DNA of 63,885 nucleotides, filler included, from Olpidium bornovanus S191 (GCA_017911155.1; 31 parts of 31 records of this genome joined end to end with filler, not necessarily neighbours in it), one strand, 5' to 3'; positions 11,189-23,033 are shown, numbered from the whole stretch's first letter. Notes: a model not told the origin generated them from the letters alone. Translations and numbers: made by a program.

Positions 11189-14162
11189 CTCGCTTCCAGG
11201 AAGAGAAACTCTTCCTCATTAAAATGTGATTGAAAGCAGTCACCTCTGTGAGCATCAGCATTTCCTTGATGACCTGGTCAATGACGACTCCGTCGACGTA
11301 GAAACACTGCAGAAGGAAACCAACGTCGGGTTGTTGGCTTTTTTTTATTTATTTTTTTTTGGCCGAAGAAAGTAATTTGGCCGAACACGCAAGCGCGAGC
11401 CGCTCCTTACGGTCATCGTTTTCCATATCGAAGTGAACAAGGCCAACAAGTCGTCCACGGTCGTCGCAGGCTGCCCTTGCTTGATGAACCTGTTCAAGAA
11501 CCCGCCCTCCGTCGCCATCATTCCGCCCAGCGACTGGCTCTCCACGATGCTCGGGATAATCATCTTCCCCAGCCGCTTCTTGATCTCGTTCAGCCAGACG
11601 TTGTAGATTTCTTGGAGGAGGAGCTCCAGTTCGGCCTTGATCCTCTGCGCCGTCCGGTCCGTCTCGCTTTTCTCCGCCTCTCGCCGGCCGTGCTGAAATG
11701 AATGCGGCGAGGGCAGCGGCTTCTCGTGCGCGCGCTCCGCGGTCCGGCCGATCGCGAGCAGCTCGTGGATGTTAGTCAGCCAGAAAGCGCACGTGTGATC
11801 GTCTGCGTTCGCCTGAGAAAAGCGTCAGCGGACGTGAATATTTTTTTTTTTTTTGGGGGGGGGGAAGGGGGGGGGGGGGGGGGGGTTCCGGGGAAAGCTG
11901 GCCACAGAATTGTACTTTAAAAACAACTAAAAAAACCAGGTCTTCTCCGCGCAATCTTACCGAGATCAGCTTCCTAATCGCTTGTATGACGCTCACCATC
12001 AGCAGCTGCAGCTGGCTGTTAAGCTGGTACTTCCGCATTTGCGTTGAACAGAGGCCGATCAAGTGCGCCGGGAAGAAAACCTCTCGTCGGTCCAAGCGGT
12101 TTTGCGTGCTCGGTAGGGGCGCCCTCAAATTTCGAACGAGGGAATCCACAATCTCGTTCACCAGGCCGGATTCGCTGAGCGCCTTGACGAGGGCCTGGCA
12201 GCGAAAGAGAGCGCTCCGGTGAGCCTTGGGGGGAAGAGGCAACCGAGCGAAAGGCGGGGGGGGGAGGTGGGGGGGGAAGGAAGGTGGTGGAGGGGGGGAA
12301 AAGGTTCCGGCGCCAGCTTACATCGCGCGCTTCGCGATCGCCCTGCGTGTGATACGTAACGGCTCCGAGCGGGAAACCGGCGCCCGATTGAGACCGCGAG
12401 TGCGACTTCCCGGCGTTTTTTTTGTTTTTTTTTTTTTTTTCCGCCGGGGCGCGCGAAGGGGACCCTCGTTATTCCCGCACTCCCTCGAGCCGGTTTTCCG
12501 TCCCCCGCTCGCAAACGGTCTATTTTTTTATTTTATTTTTATTTTTTTTTTTTTTTTTGACTGGAACCCTCACCTTTTTCGTCGGCTCGGCGGCGCCGGC
12601 GCCTTTTTGCGGAAGGTGCAGAGCGCCGCCGATCGACGTCACGCTGGCGATTTCCGGGAGGATGTACTTTCTGTCGAGCGGATCCGGCTTGCCGTTAGGC
12701 GTCGACTTGACGTGTATCGCGCCGCGGTTGGCCGCTGCGGCGTTGGACACGAGCTTCGCCAGTTGGTCCTTCAGCTGCTCGTTTTCCCGCTGGACGGCGG
12801 CGAATGCGGCCGCGTCCGGCCCGGACAGCGCCCAGGCCGGCAGCGCGGCCGCCGCGGCTCTGACGGGCGAGGCGGCCCGGGACTTCGCCGGGGGGAGCTG
12901 CCTGGCGGCGAGGTCCTCCCGCAGCCGGTCGATCTCGTGAGTCAGCCTGGCGATTTCGGAATCTTTCGCGGACAGCTGCTGGTCTTTCGCGGACAGCTGC
13001 TCGTTCTTCGCGGACAGCTGCTCGCCGAGCGACGACACCTTGCCCTGGAGGGCCCTCTGCTCGGCCAGCGCGGCGTCGAGGTCCTCCTTGAACCCGGCGG
13101 TTGCCGCGGCCAGGCGATCGCGGGCCTCCTGCGCCTTCTTGTTGCTGCTGTCGGCCTTCTTCTTGTAGTCGCCGTTCGACGCCTCCAGCTCCCTGATGGT
13201 CTCGTGCAGCTCCTTGTTTTCGTGCTCCTGCTTCTGCAGGCTCTGGGTGAGCTCGAAGACCTTGTTCTCGAGCGTGTAGGAAACACCCTTGAGGTGGCTG
13301 GCCGACCTGGTGTCCTCCCGCAGTTTGGCCAGTTCGCGCCTGGCATGCTTCCGCCTGACGCACGACTGCGCGAAGACGACGGCGCGCCGGTACCGGAGAT
13401 AACGGGAGCGGCGGCGCCTGGTGTTGTCGCGGGGTGCAGGAGTGTGTGTTTTTTGGTTTGTTGTTGTTTTTATTGTCGTGTTGTGTCGCGTTGTTTGTTT
13501 TCCAAAGCGCGTCGTGTTGTTTGTTTTCCAAAACGCGTCGTGATACATTTTTTTGTTTTTTTTTTGGAGGGGGGGGAGAGTGTATGGTTGGGAGTTTGCA
13601 ACGGGTCAGCGTGGCCGACAGCGAAAAACGACGCGTCCAGACAGCGGCAGCAATGGAAACACCAACAACCACAACAACAACAACAACAACCCCCCCCCCC
13701 CGCAGCCTCCCCCGCGCCGTCCTCGCCTCCCGTTTCGCTCGCGCCCACCGCAGCCGCAAAAGGGGCGGACCGCAGGGGAACGCTCCTTCATTATTCGGCC
13801 CAGACGGCTTACCCGTCCCCCACCGTGATTGACGGTGTGACGTTCGTCCCCCCCTTCCCCCCCCCCCCCCCCTCCTTCCCCGCGCGCAAACACCCCCTCT
13901 TGTTCGACCGTCCTCACCATCGGCGGTACGCTGTCTGGATCCGGACGGCAGCGAATTCTTGCCGGAGGTTGGCGTATTTCCTGCGCGCGTGGCGGCCGCG
14001 CACGACTTTTTTTTACGGTTTTTTTTTTTTCGTGATGAGAAACGAAAAAACGGAACCGGTATAAGAATTCGCGCGCGAACGACAGGGGATTTTTCGCGGG
14101 CGCGCACCCGCGCGAAAAGCGCGTGACAGGTGGGCCGGCGGGGTGTTACTTTCGTTCTTCCC

Positions 14163-14229
<67 letters not shown>

Positions 14230-14914
14230 CTCTTTTTTCCCCTCTCCCTCTCTCTCTTCCTCCCACCCCTACTTCCCCTCGTCTTCCAGCGCTTTCTTTT
14301 TTTTCTCCAACGTTAAAAACCGGGCGCGGGGCCCCCTCGGCCACAGTCACACAAAGCGCACACTCACATCCCGCACGCCGAACTCACCCGCCTGCAGCTT
14401 GATCACGCGTTGCCGCTGCAGCAGGTAAACTTTGCGCTCGCGGTGCGCTCGCCAGCGGCTCTGCAAAGCGACGGCGGCCTTCTTTTCTTTCAGCTTTTGC
14501 AGAGCTCGCTGGGCGATCTTCCTGCGTATTGCTTTGTAGAAAAAAGGAACAAAAAAAAAACACGGCGAGTGGGGGGGAGGGGGGTGGGGGTGGTTGCGAG
14601 AGAGGTGTGCGGGTGAGATTCTTGGGTCAAAACGTTTTCCCGGACGTGAGGAAGCCTCCCCCCACACAACACCCCACCCCTATTTTCCTTCGCCTTCGTT
14701 TTGAACCCTCCGCGGGCGGTTAAGCCCTCGGGGAAGACCGGGGTGGGGAAAGGGGGGGATAGCAGGGTAGAGGTGACTTACTCGTCTGCACGAGGATGCA
14801 AGCCTTTCGTAGCCGACGGTAATAATTCCGGGCCAACATCCGCCTGACGTTCTTTTGGATAAGCGTCGTGTACGTGTTCAGCGCTTCCGACCGCTTCCTT
14901 TCGAGGTACGCCAG
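11189..14914 (-). CDS. MYO2: Class V myosin: neck (IQ motifs), coiled coil and globular tail/DIL domain (partial)
   Basis: LAYLERKR then IQ motifs (IQKNVRRMLAR, LQSRWRAHRERK, IQTAYRRW, AQSCVRRKHARREL), SYTLENKVFELTQSL, a coiled coil, EVFFPAHLIGL, and AFNHILMRKSFSSWKRG (DIL start). Multiple GT-AG introns. Confidence 0.92.
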
Positions 14915-15036
14915 CTGGGATTTGAGGCCCAAAGAACGAAGATCTCATCAGAACGCGGGGTGGTAAAAGGGGAAATTACCCGTTTCGTTTCAGGGCAGTG
15001 TTAGACTCCGAGGGGGAATAAAAGGGGGGAAAAAAG

Positions 15037-15069
<33 letters not shown>

Positions 15070-15169
15070 NNNNNNNNNNNNNNNNNNNNNNNNNNNNNNN
15101 NNNNNNNNNNNNNTTAATTAATTAANNNNNNNNNNNNNNNNNNNNNNNNNNNNNNNNNNNNNNNNNNNN

Positions 15170-15760
15170 AACAGATATCAGAGCAGGAAAAGAAATGACA
15201 GGTGATTACATTTTCTGGTGTGTCAACGTACTTCTTTTGGATGAAACCGCGCGCAACATAACGAGATTTGTAGAGTACATCAACGTCATGTTTAGTTTTT
15301 AATTGGTATACCCATATTCTTGTAATCAATTTGACATTGCGTGGGAGAGTGACAAGCTAGATAACGCTATTCTTTATCAAACTTTTGAATTCTCACTTTA
15401 TCAGGCGTCCCATTTTGCTTCGTCGGTTTGGGTGGTTGCTTTGCGGTATGGAAACATGGCGGACCCAGGTGTCCCAAATCGACGTTGGTGATATGGAGTG
15501 CAAATGCTGGGAGCGCATGGCGGCTAAGATAACGTATGGCAAAGCGTGGTGGGATGTTGAGCTTCTTTTTTTGAGTACAGGCGCAGTTTGTGGTTGCAGT
15601 TGAGATTTTCTTTGGGTTCCCACGAGTTAACGTATAATATTCGAACGGGGTTTGTTCTCTGGTTGCTAACCGTGCTTGGAGTTGCTTGTGCGAGGGGCAA
15701 AATATTTTTCGGAATATGTCAACTTTGACTCTGGGAAAATTTGAAACTACTGGCAAGTCG
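15170..15760 (-). mobile_element. Degenerate Ty1/copia pol remnant (RT start)
   Basis: ITRIWVYQLK...LYKSRYVARGFIQ resembles the copia RVT_2 motif KWVFKxK...YKARLVARGFTQ; frameshifted, AT-rich and CpG-poor. Confidence 0.7.
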
Positions 15761-16055
15761 AAAAGGTGTTCACACTAGGTACATTAATGTATTATGGTCC
15801 CATATGGATTGCTTAACGGGTGCATGAAGCTATGGGCATATGATATGCTAGGACCGTACAACGCAACGGCCAGCTTGCTCAACGGAGGGGGGCTGGGCAA
15901 CGTGCTCGTGACTCCTCAACCGAACGTCTTTTTTATTCTTCCTGAGCAAAACCGCAAGCATTTGCTGCTCTCTATCATGCTCCTGACCAGCCCGTTCCTG
16001 TCCTTTCGCACATCCAAGTTGACATGGGGGTCAGAGCCGAGCGGGGTTGCATCAA

Positions 16056-16063
16056 TCACGTGA
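16056..16063. promoter_or_regulatory. E-box (TCACGTGA) upstream of the chitin synthase
   Basis: Perfect palindrome about 190 nt before the predicted ATG, adjacent to a GC-box-like CCCCGCC. Confidence 0.35.
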
Positions 16064-16247
16064 CCCCGCCTGCGTGCGGCGCACAGCGTGGCGGAAACAC
16101 ACGGAACGCCCACACGCCCCTCCCGCACGCACGCATTACTGCGCTCTCGCGTTCGGCGTCACCACGCGCGCCGCGGTTCCCTCGCCGATCCCGAGGCCTC
16201 CCCATGCTCAGCGCCGCCAAAGGGAGACGGCTCGTTCACCGAACGGA

Positions 16248-17821
16248 ATGTGCTCCCCGCCACCGCTACTCCTGGAAGATCTGTACACGGAAACTGTCTC
16301 CGGTGCCCATGCCGGCCCCGCAGTTCTCGTTTCGCAAGTGCGGGGCCCACCCCCGTCCGCCTCCGGCACCCCCGCTTCGTCCACGTCGTCGTTCGCCTCC
16401 AACTCAACGACAGTCGACGAAGCCGCAAGGGCCGTCAACGTCGTGCAGCAGGGCCGACCGACCAGCACATTGCGACACATGTCCTTTCGTGAGCCGCCAG
16501 TCAAAGCGGTGTCGCCAAGCATGAACCTCAAACGCTCAGCGTCGGCCTCCGACGCGGCCGGCGTCGGAGACGCGTCCCCCAAGAATTGGTCACTTGACAA
16601 CGTCAGCAAATCGTTCGAGGAGCGCGAAAGATTGCGGATTCAAAACGAGAAATACTATTACTCATCCAAGCTTGGACGCCAGGCGTCCATAAGGTCTGTT
16701 CACCAGCCGCGGGTACAGAGGGACCTTGCACCGTCAGAGAAACGCGACCAGCGCGCTATTCAAAAGGCCGTCATGGCGCAAAAGTGGTCTTTCCTCGTCG
16801 CCCTCTTTGGCCTCAACATGGCCCTTATGGCACTGCTTCTGTGAGTGAATGAGGATGGCCGCCGTATTTTGCCAAATGAAGACGTACGGCTTACGAGGGT
16901 GACTGATGCAAAACCTGCAGTTTCATGGTTCTTGGCACCGTCGAAACTGAGTTGAAGCTCAGCTGGTTTCTGTTAATTTTCAAGGCACGGGATCTGATAC
17001 TTATAGCCATCTCCGCGTCAACGTCCCTATGGTTGGGATGCGCACGCGTCAGCCGTTGGCTCGTCGGTCCGAAAAGTTTCCCTACGACACCGTCGAGACT
17101 CGTAGTAACTGTTGTTCCATGCTACTCCGAAACTCAGGAACAAGTCATTCGAACTCTCGATTCGATAAACAATAATGACTGGGGAAATCATAGGAACGTG
17201 TTTCTGCTTATCACAGATGGAGGTCCGACAAAGGACTTGCACGAGGTGCTGGACAACATCACGGCGCAGTTCGAACACGACTACTTGACATGGCGGGGCG
17301 ACAAAAATAAACTGAATGTTACTGTGGGAATTATTGGCGACGGCACCCCGTGCGTCATCCTGGCGAAGCGGAAGAATGCCGGCAAGAAAGACAGCCTGCT
17401 CATTTCCCATCAGCTGTTCACCCGCCCGCGGCCAACTGACGGAAGCCGCATCGGCGCCCTGCGCAACAAGGTTAAAGACGCGGTCGCCCGCGTTTTCGTA
17501 GCACCACCTGCGCAGAACTTAAGGTCTTCCTCTGGGGCTACCTTCAAAACTCCGCCGCGGGATGCCAATTGCGCAGCCGGCGCAGGTCCTGGTCCTACCG
17601 GCGTGGATTCTGGAGAGAACATCGCGGCTTCTGGTCCCCGGTCTTCGCGAATTCCGCTTTGTCCGACCTTTTTTGCCTCGTCCGGCCTACTGGAGGACGC
17701 CATGTACCCGAAGCTGCGTGTGCACTCAACGCGAAGTGACGTGACATATTCCGCCAGCAACTGGGCTTGCTTCCTTGGAAGCCACGCGGACTCTCCTATC
17801 GACTGCTCGTTGGGAAATTAC
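16248..17821 (+). CDS. Chitin synthase (GT2), compact type; join(16248..16840,16921..>17821)
   Basis: Two TM segments followed directly by VVPCYSETQEQVIRTLDSI, FLLITDG, YLTWRG and ILAKRKNAGKKDSLL. One 80-nt GT-AG intron restores frame. The contig ends before the DAD/EDR/QRRRW motifs. Start codon is inferred. Confidence 0.8.
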
Positions 17822-18041
17822 NNNNNNNNNNNNNNNNNNNNNNNNNNNNNNNNNNNNNNNNNNNNTTAATTAATTAANNNNNNNNNNNNNNNNNNNNNNN
17901 NNNNNNNNNNNNNNNNNNNNNAGGGACGACAGCAGTCGCGTGGGGTCGGCCTTTCCGCTTTCCCCCCCCCCATCCCCGCGCCCTCTCTTCCCGCTACGCC
18001 AGACCTGACGGCAATTTTTCTTTTTTTTTTTTTTTTTTTTT

Positions 18042-18457
18042 GAGTTAATCTATAGTGCGCACACCGTGCGCAAAATAACTATTTTACGCACCCCGTACAA
18101 TCACAGCCAAATAATAAAAGCTGCCTTTTAACAACTTTCACAACTAGGGTTAGGGTTAGGGTTAGGGTACGAGGGCCGCGCGGTGCTTCAGGCAAAGCAC
18201 AGCAGTGAGGGTGGTTGTGGGGTGTTCAGTATATCATATTTGACAAAGACACGACAAAGAAGACAAAGTGGTCTGGTTTGCGTATTGATGCGGCATGGCC
18301 TCTCCGTTACAGGCGGGCGTCTAGCAATTTTGGGGGTGGTTTGCTGCGTATGTTGGTGCGGCATGGCCGCGCTGTTTCGGTCGTCTAACAATTTCGGTGT
18401 GGTGGTAGGGTGCGTAAAATAATACGTTGCGCACGTGTGCGCAACGTATCAAAACTC
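18042..18457. mobile_element. MITE-like non-autonomous element with hairpin-bearing inverted termini and internal TTAGGG repeats
   Basis: GAGTT...AACTC ends inside T-tracts; imperfect ~40-bp inverted repeat (18056-18093 vs 18408-18443); perfect 13-bp-stem hairpin at 18422-18449; no coding capacity. Confidence 0.6.
18145..18167 (+). repeat. Interstitial telomere-like repeat TAGGG(TTAGGG)3
   Basis: Read directly from the sequence; internal to the contig. Confidence 0.9.
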
Positions 18458-18989
18458 TTTTTTTTTCTCCTTTTTATTCCGGTAATAACATGTCATTACC
18501 GGAAAGAGGCGAAGGGGACGGCTTAAACAGGTTTAATAAAAAAAAAAAACAACAAAAACCGGGATCGGCTGATTGCGCGTACCATCCATCCAAAACGCCC
18601 GCTGTAATATTACTTTTCAGACACGGGGGGGGGGGGGGGGGGGGGAGAGGCAGAGAGAGAGGGAGGGAGAGAAAGAGACGAGAGGGAGAGAGAGAACGTC
18701 GCGGAGTTTCGGGGTTGAATTGTGCGCAGTGCTCGCCCGGACTCAGCCTTCCCCCCCCCCTTTTCCAACAAATCCCTCCCCCCACCCGCAACTCAAAAAA
18801 TTCGTCGTTTTTTTTTTACGTTGGCCACGGGCGTTCATGTGACCTTTCGGCGGTAAATGGCAACACCGGTCCTAGGGGCCATAACACCACGTGACCTGGC
18901 CACAACAAATGTTCGGAAAAAAAGCCAAAAAAAAAGAAAGACTCGCGCTTTGCATTAACGAGCGAGGAAACCGGAAACGCGACCAACCA

Positions 18990-20030
18990 ATGTCTGCGTT
19001 TGCGGACGAGAACGGAGCTGAAAACGAGGAACTTTCGCGGCCACGAGGTGACGGCCCGTGGAACGGCGAGTCGTCGTCCTCAGACGACGACGGCGACCTG
19101 CTGATCCTCGCGGACGGCCGAAAAGAAGAAGGTAACGTCTGCTCTTTGCGTGCTACCCGTGCGCTGAGCGGTCCCAATTCAAACTTTTTGCGGCGCGCCG
19201 CGACCCGCCGTTTCTGCTTCCGGCTAACACCCTTCCCGCCGTCGGTCGACGTTTTAACAGGAGACGCGCTGTGGGACGATTGGTACGCAGACGAGGACGA
19301 GCAGGAGCGGTACCGATGCCTGTTCTGCTCGTTAGACTTCACCGAGATCCCGCCGCTGCTAGACCATTGCACAGACCAGCACGGGTTCGATTACCGGAAG
19401 GTGAAGAAGGATACAGGTGGGTGACGGAGCACGAACCGTGGGAGGAGCCTTGCGTGGATCCGAACGGGAGCGCAAGTCGCTGGAGACCCCTGGAGGCGGG
19501 TTGGGCGCTGCGCAACCTTGTACTGGCCGCGCAAAATGGAAAAAAAACACCGTACTTATGTACACTTTACTTCTCGGCGTTGCGCTTGGCTTCGAATATT
19601 TTTTGCAAGACCTTGACTTTTACGGCACAATAAAGCTAATAAATTACATCCGACGGAAAGTTCGCGACGAACCTGCTTCTCTGACGAGACTCAGTGATGC
19701 GGACTTAGACGAGATGACTTGCCTCGGTGACGAGTTCTTGATTCCCGTCATGGAGGATGACGCCCTCTTACGCGGTAAGCGCGATCCGTGGAATGCAGCG
19801 TTTTGTGGAAATAGCGTGTTTGGTCTGGTTGACCGTTTGCCTGCACGTTGAGACCTGGACGATGCGGACGACGAGAACACAAATGCGGAGGCGACGGCGA
19901 TCGCCGGGCCTACACCAATTTCTGGAAGCGATAAGAACATTGCCGAGCTGGAAAAGCAATTGTGTCAGAGTCAACGAGAGTTGTCTTGTGTCATGGACCA
20001 GTTTGAGCTATACCGGAAATTTGTGAGGGA
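18990..20030 (+). CDS. RMT3: Protein arginine methyltransferase 3, N-terminal zinc-finger region (partial)
   Basis: WDDWYADED...CLFCSLDFTEIPPLLDHCTDQHGFD / LDFYGTIKLINYIRRK / FLIPVMEDDALL matches the PRMT3/Rmt3 C2H2 region; the methyltransferase domain is not in this contig. Confidence 0.8.
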
Positions 20031-20840
20031 AAATTTCCTATAAATCTGTTGGTTTCCGATACCCTCCGAAGCTAGCTTTTGGTAAGGTCGAATTGTGGAG
20101 ACAGCTTGCGTATTAATGTCTGTTTGTAGTCTAATTTACGTACCTCTGGACGCTAGTTCCTTCTTCAAAACTCCGACATTTTCCCGTCTTAACAATATGT
20201 GTAGCCTTGACCACGAAAGTGCAAAATAACAAACACTGTAGNNNNNNNNNNNNNNNNNNNNNNNNNNNNNNNNNNNNNNNNNNNNTTAATTAATTAANNN
20301 NNNNNNNNNNNNNNNNNNNNNNNNNNNNNNNNNNNNNNNNNCATGCAAATGGACCTCTTGACCTGGGGTGTCACACGTCAGTTGAGGTTCGGGGGGAGGG
20401 GAAAGCGCGTCGTCTTCTGCGTGGACTTGCTGATGGTCCTTTGAAAGTTGCTGGGTAGCATAACTCCTTGAAACTGGTGCGCCCAACGCGCGGCGACAAG
20501 CATAGGGTTCCCCACCTTGGCCGCGACGGAGATGAAATTTTTTAAGCGTGGCCTTTAAAGCGGATTGGGGGAGGGAGAAGAGGGAGGAGGGGGGGGGGAA
20601 GAGGGAAGGGGCCACACGCACGGAGAGGAACGAATAGTTCGACTAGAAAACTTCGAACGGGCAGGCCGTTTACGGCGCGATACCGCGCTCCCCAGCGCAC
20701 CCCACCGGCAGCGAGATTCGGACAACTATAAGAAAACCCGAGAAATGGCGAGGCTACGCGGCGGCTACGGCAAGCCGAGCTGGAGTCAAAACGAACAAGA
20801 CGCCTTCGCAAAATCCCACGAGGATGTGTGTGAATGTGAG

Positions 20841-20882
<42 letters not shown>

Positions 20883-21900
20883 AGGGAGGGAGTGTGTGTG
20901 TGTGTTACCCTCGAAGTCTCCGCGCACTGGATTCCGATCCCTGGGCGAGAAGCCGGACGGCGGAAGGGACTGGCGATAGCCGCGACGATCGTGATTCTCT
21001 CGACTCCGCAGCATTCTGCCCTCTTTGAGGATGTGCGGCGCGCCAGGCAGAAGCCTCAGCCGAATCGACTGGGCCAATCAAATCTGGACACGGTCCGCCA
21101 GCCGGTTGCCAAGCAACCCTTTCCACAGCCAACCCCCCCCCCTCCACCCCCACTTCCCCCCCGTTCCGGCCAGCCTGGAAGCACGGCTTGCCCGAGATCA
21201 ACGCGCCCGCGCTCGCGTTCGAGCGCTCCCCCCTCTTCCTCCGCCGCAACACAAAGAAGGAAACGAAAAAGATCGTTTGCTTGGCGGATAGAATCACAGG
21301 CTTTCCGGGGGGCAAGAGGAAAAAGGGGAAGAGGTAAGTTGTAAGATGTAATGGCCCGGGGCATCCGCCTCATCGCAAGGGATGTATCGCCCGCGGCGAG
21401 GTCATGCTTCAACTCCTGAACGCATTCTATTATCTGCATTTCCGCCGCGGCGTCGGTGAGGCCCCGGTTTTTTCTAAAAGTTTTTTTTCGGCGAGTACTA
21501 AGACCGGGCCGGGGGAATTGACNNNNNNNNNNNNNNNNNNNNNNNNNNNNNNNNNNNNNNNNNNNNTTAATTAATTAANNNNNNNNNNNNNNNNNNNNNN
21601 NNNNNNNNNNNNNNNNNNNNNNCATGCAAATAGAGCTTTATGGGAAACGAGCGACCAGACGGGGCTACAAAATACGGAAAGTCAATCGGGCAAATGCTGC
21701 GGTCGGCTACGTCGTGGCGCGTGTGAAAGAGTCCCGACAGAGAGAGAGCCTTAGCTGGCGGCCGCGGCATGCGGAAGCATAACGGCGAAAGACCTAGACC
21801 GCGTGATGCTTTCTGGTGAACAAGCGTGGGGGGCAGAAAGGGGGAAAATAATAAAAAAAAAACCCACAACAGCGGGGGGAGGAGCGGGGAGGGAGGGTGA

Positions 21901-22881
21901 TCAGTGCGCCACGACGGGGAGCATTTTGCAGTCGCCGGGCGGCACGTGCTTCAAGGTAAGCCTGCCGCCGCGGGCCCGCCGAAACAATCCCCGAGAAGCC
22001 CTCGCGCGGTGCTGACCGTGGTCCAAAGGCGACGAATCGTCCGGGCGCTGCGAGCCGCGCCTCTCGCCGGAGGAGGGGACCGGCGGCGACGGCCGCCCCC
22101 GCGCCGCTTTGGCCGCCGCCGCCGGCGACCGCGGGAACCGGGGCGCCGCCCCCGCCGCCGGCGACAGGTCCGGGGGATAATTTGACGGCGCGAAGCCGGG
22201 GGGGCGCCGCCCCCGGTCGGAGTACCCGGCACCGCGTCGCCGAGGGGGGCCTTGCTTCCCGCCGCGGATGCCCGCCGGACGCCGCGGCGCGGCTCCGCGG
22301 GGAACGCCGGTGGCGGCCGGCGGCGCCCCGGATGCGCGCGGCGCGGCGCCGGCGCCGGACGCGTCCCGGCTCGTCAACGCGGGCCGCGAGGACCGCCGCC
22401 GCCGCGGCGGGAAAAACTCGTCCGCGCTCGCGGCCGGCGCATCTTCATCCTCCGCGCGCCGCAACGCCGCCTCCGCCTCCAGGCCCTCCTCGCCGTCCTC
22501 CTCCTCCTCCTCCTGTTCGTCGTCCTCCTCCTCGTCGTCCACCTCGTCCTCCTCGTCCTCGTCCTCCTCCGCCTCGGCTTCCGGCGGCGCCTCGCGCCGT
22601 TCCCGCGACGCCTGCGGCAGCTGCCTCGCCGCCTCCGGCGCGGCCCTCTCCGCCTCCAGCGCAGCCCTCTCCGCCTCCAGCCTCTCCGTGGCCTTGCGGT
22701 AGGCGCTCCTGAGCTGCAACAGCTCCAGGGCGTCGTTGAAGGTGAAAGGGGCGGGCTGGTCGGGCGCCCTGCCCGGGTAGTCCTCCCGCGCGTAGGTGTA
22801 GAGCACGGTCACCTCGGGCGCAAACGAGACGGTCCGCTCCTTCAGGACGGCGGCGGCGGCCGTGGAGATCCTGCGGAGCAT
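21901..22881 (-). CDS. Uncharacterised protein with a PP1-docking (RVxF-type) motif and an acidic tract
   Basis: MLRRIS...LKERTVSFAPEVTVLYTYAREDYPGR resembles the KxVxF...TYsxeeYdR PP1-binding segment of Bni4/neurabin-type proteins; followed by a short coiled coil and a poly-Glu/Asp run. The 3' end is uncertain. Confidence 0.5.
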   Translation of the reverse strand: MLRRISTAAAAVLKERTVSFAPEVTVLYTYAREDYPGRAPDQPAPFTFNDALELLQLRSAYRKATERLEAERAALEAERAAPEAARQLPQASRERREAPPEAEAEEDEDEEDEVDDEEEDDEQEEEEEDGEEGLEAEAALRRAEDEDAPAASADEFFPPRRRRSSRPALTSRDASGAGAAPRASGAPPAATGVPRGAAPRRPAGIRGGKQGPPRRRGAGYSDRGRRPPGFAPSNYPPDLSPAAGAAPRFPRSPAAAAKAARGRPSPPVPSSGERRGSQRPDDSSPLDHGQHRARASRGLFRRARGGRLTLKHVPPGDCKMLPVVAH

Positions 22882-23033
22882 TGGCTCTTTTTTCTTTTTC
22901 TTTTTTTTTTTTCGTCCTGTCTGGCGTGGGGGCGGCGCCGTTGGCGTTCTCTCTTTCTCTGTTCTCGCCTCTTTTTTTTTTTTTTTTTTTTTCTCCCCCC
23001 TTCCCCCCCCCCCCCCCCCGACCCGCTGCCAAA

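Noticed and set aside
12226-14350. Long ORFs (612 aa plus strand, 551 aa minus strand) and many similar Arg/Pro/Gly-rich or poly-K/F/RE ORFs in the track
   Set aside because: They are antisense or off-frame shadows of GC-rich exons, read through intronic homopolymers and microsatellites.
18145-18167. True chromosome end or telomerase RNA template
   Set aside because: Only four units, internal to a contig and enclosed by inverted repeats; longer than a typical template, and no other telomerase RNA features are recognisable.
20342-21522. Multi-exon gene on this contig
   Set aside because: Short open segments exist (e.g. NFISVAAKVGNPMLVAARWAHQFQGVMLPSNF on the minus strand), but strand, frame and product could not be established.
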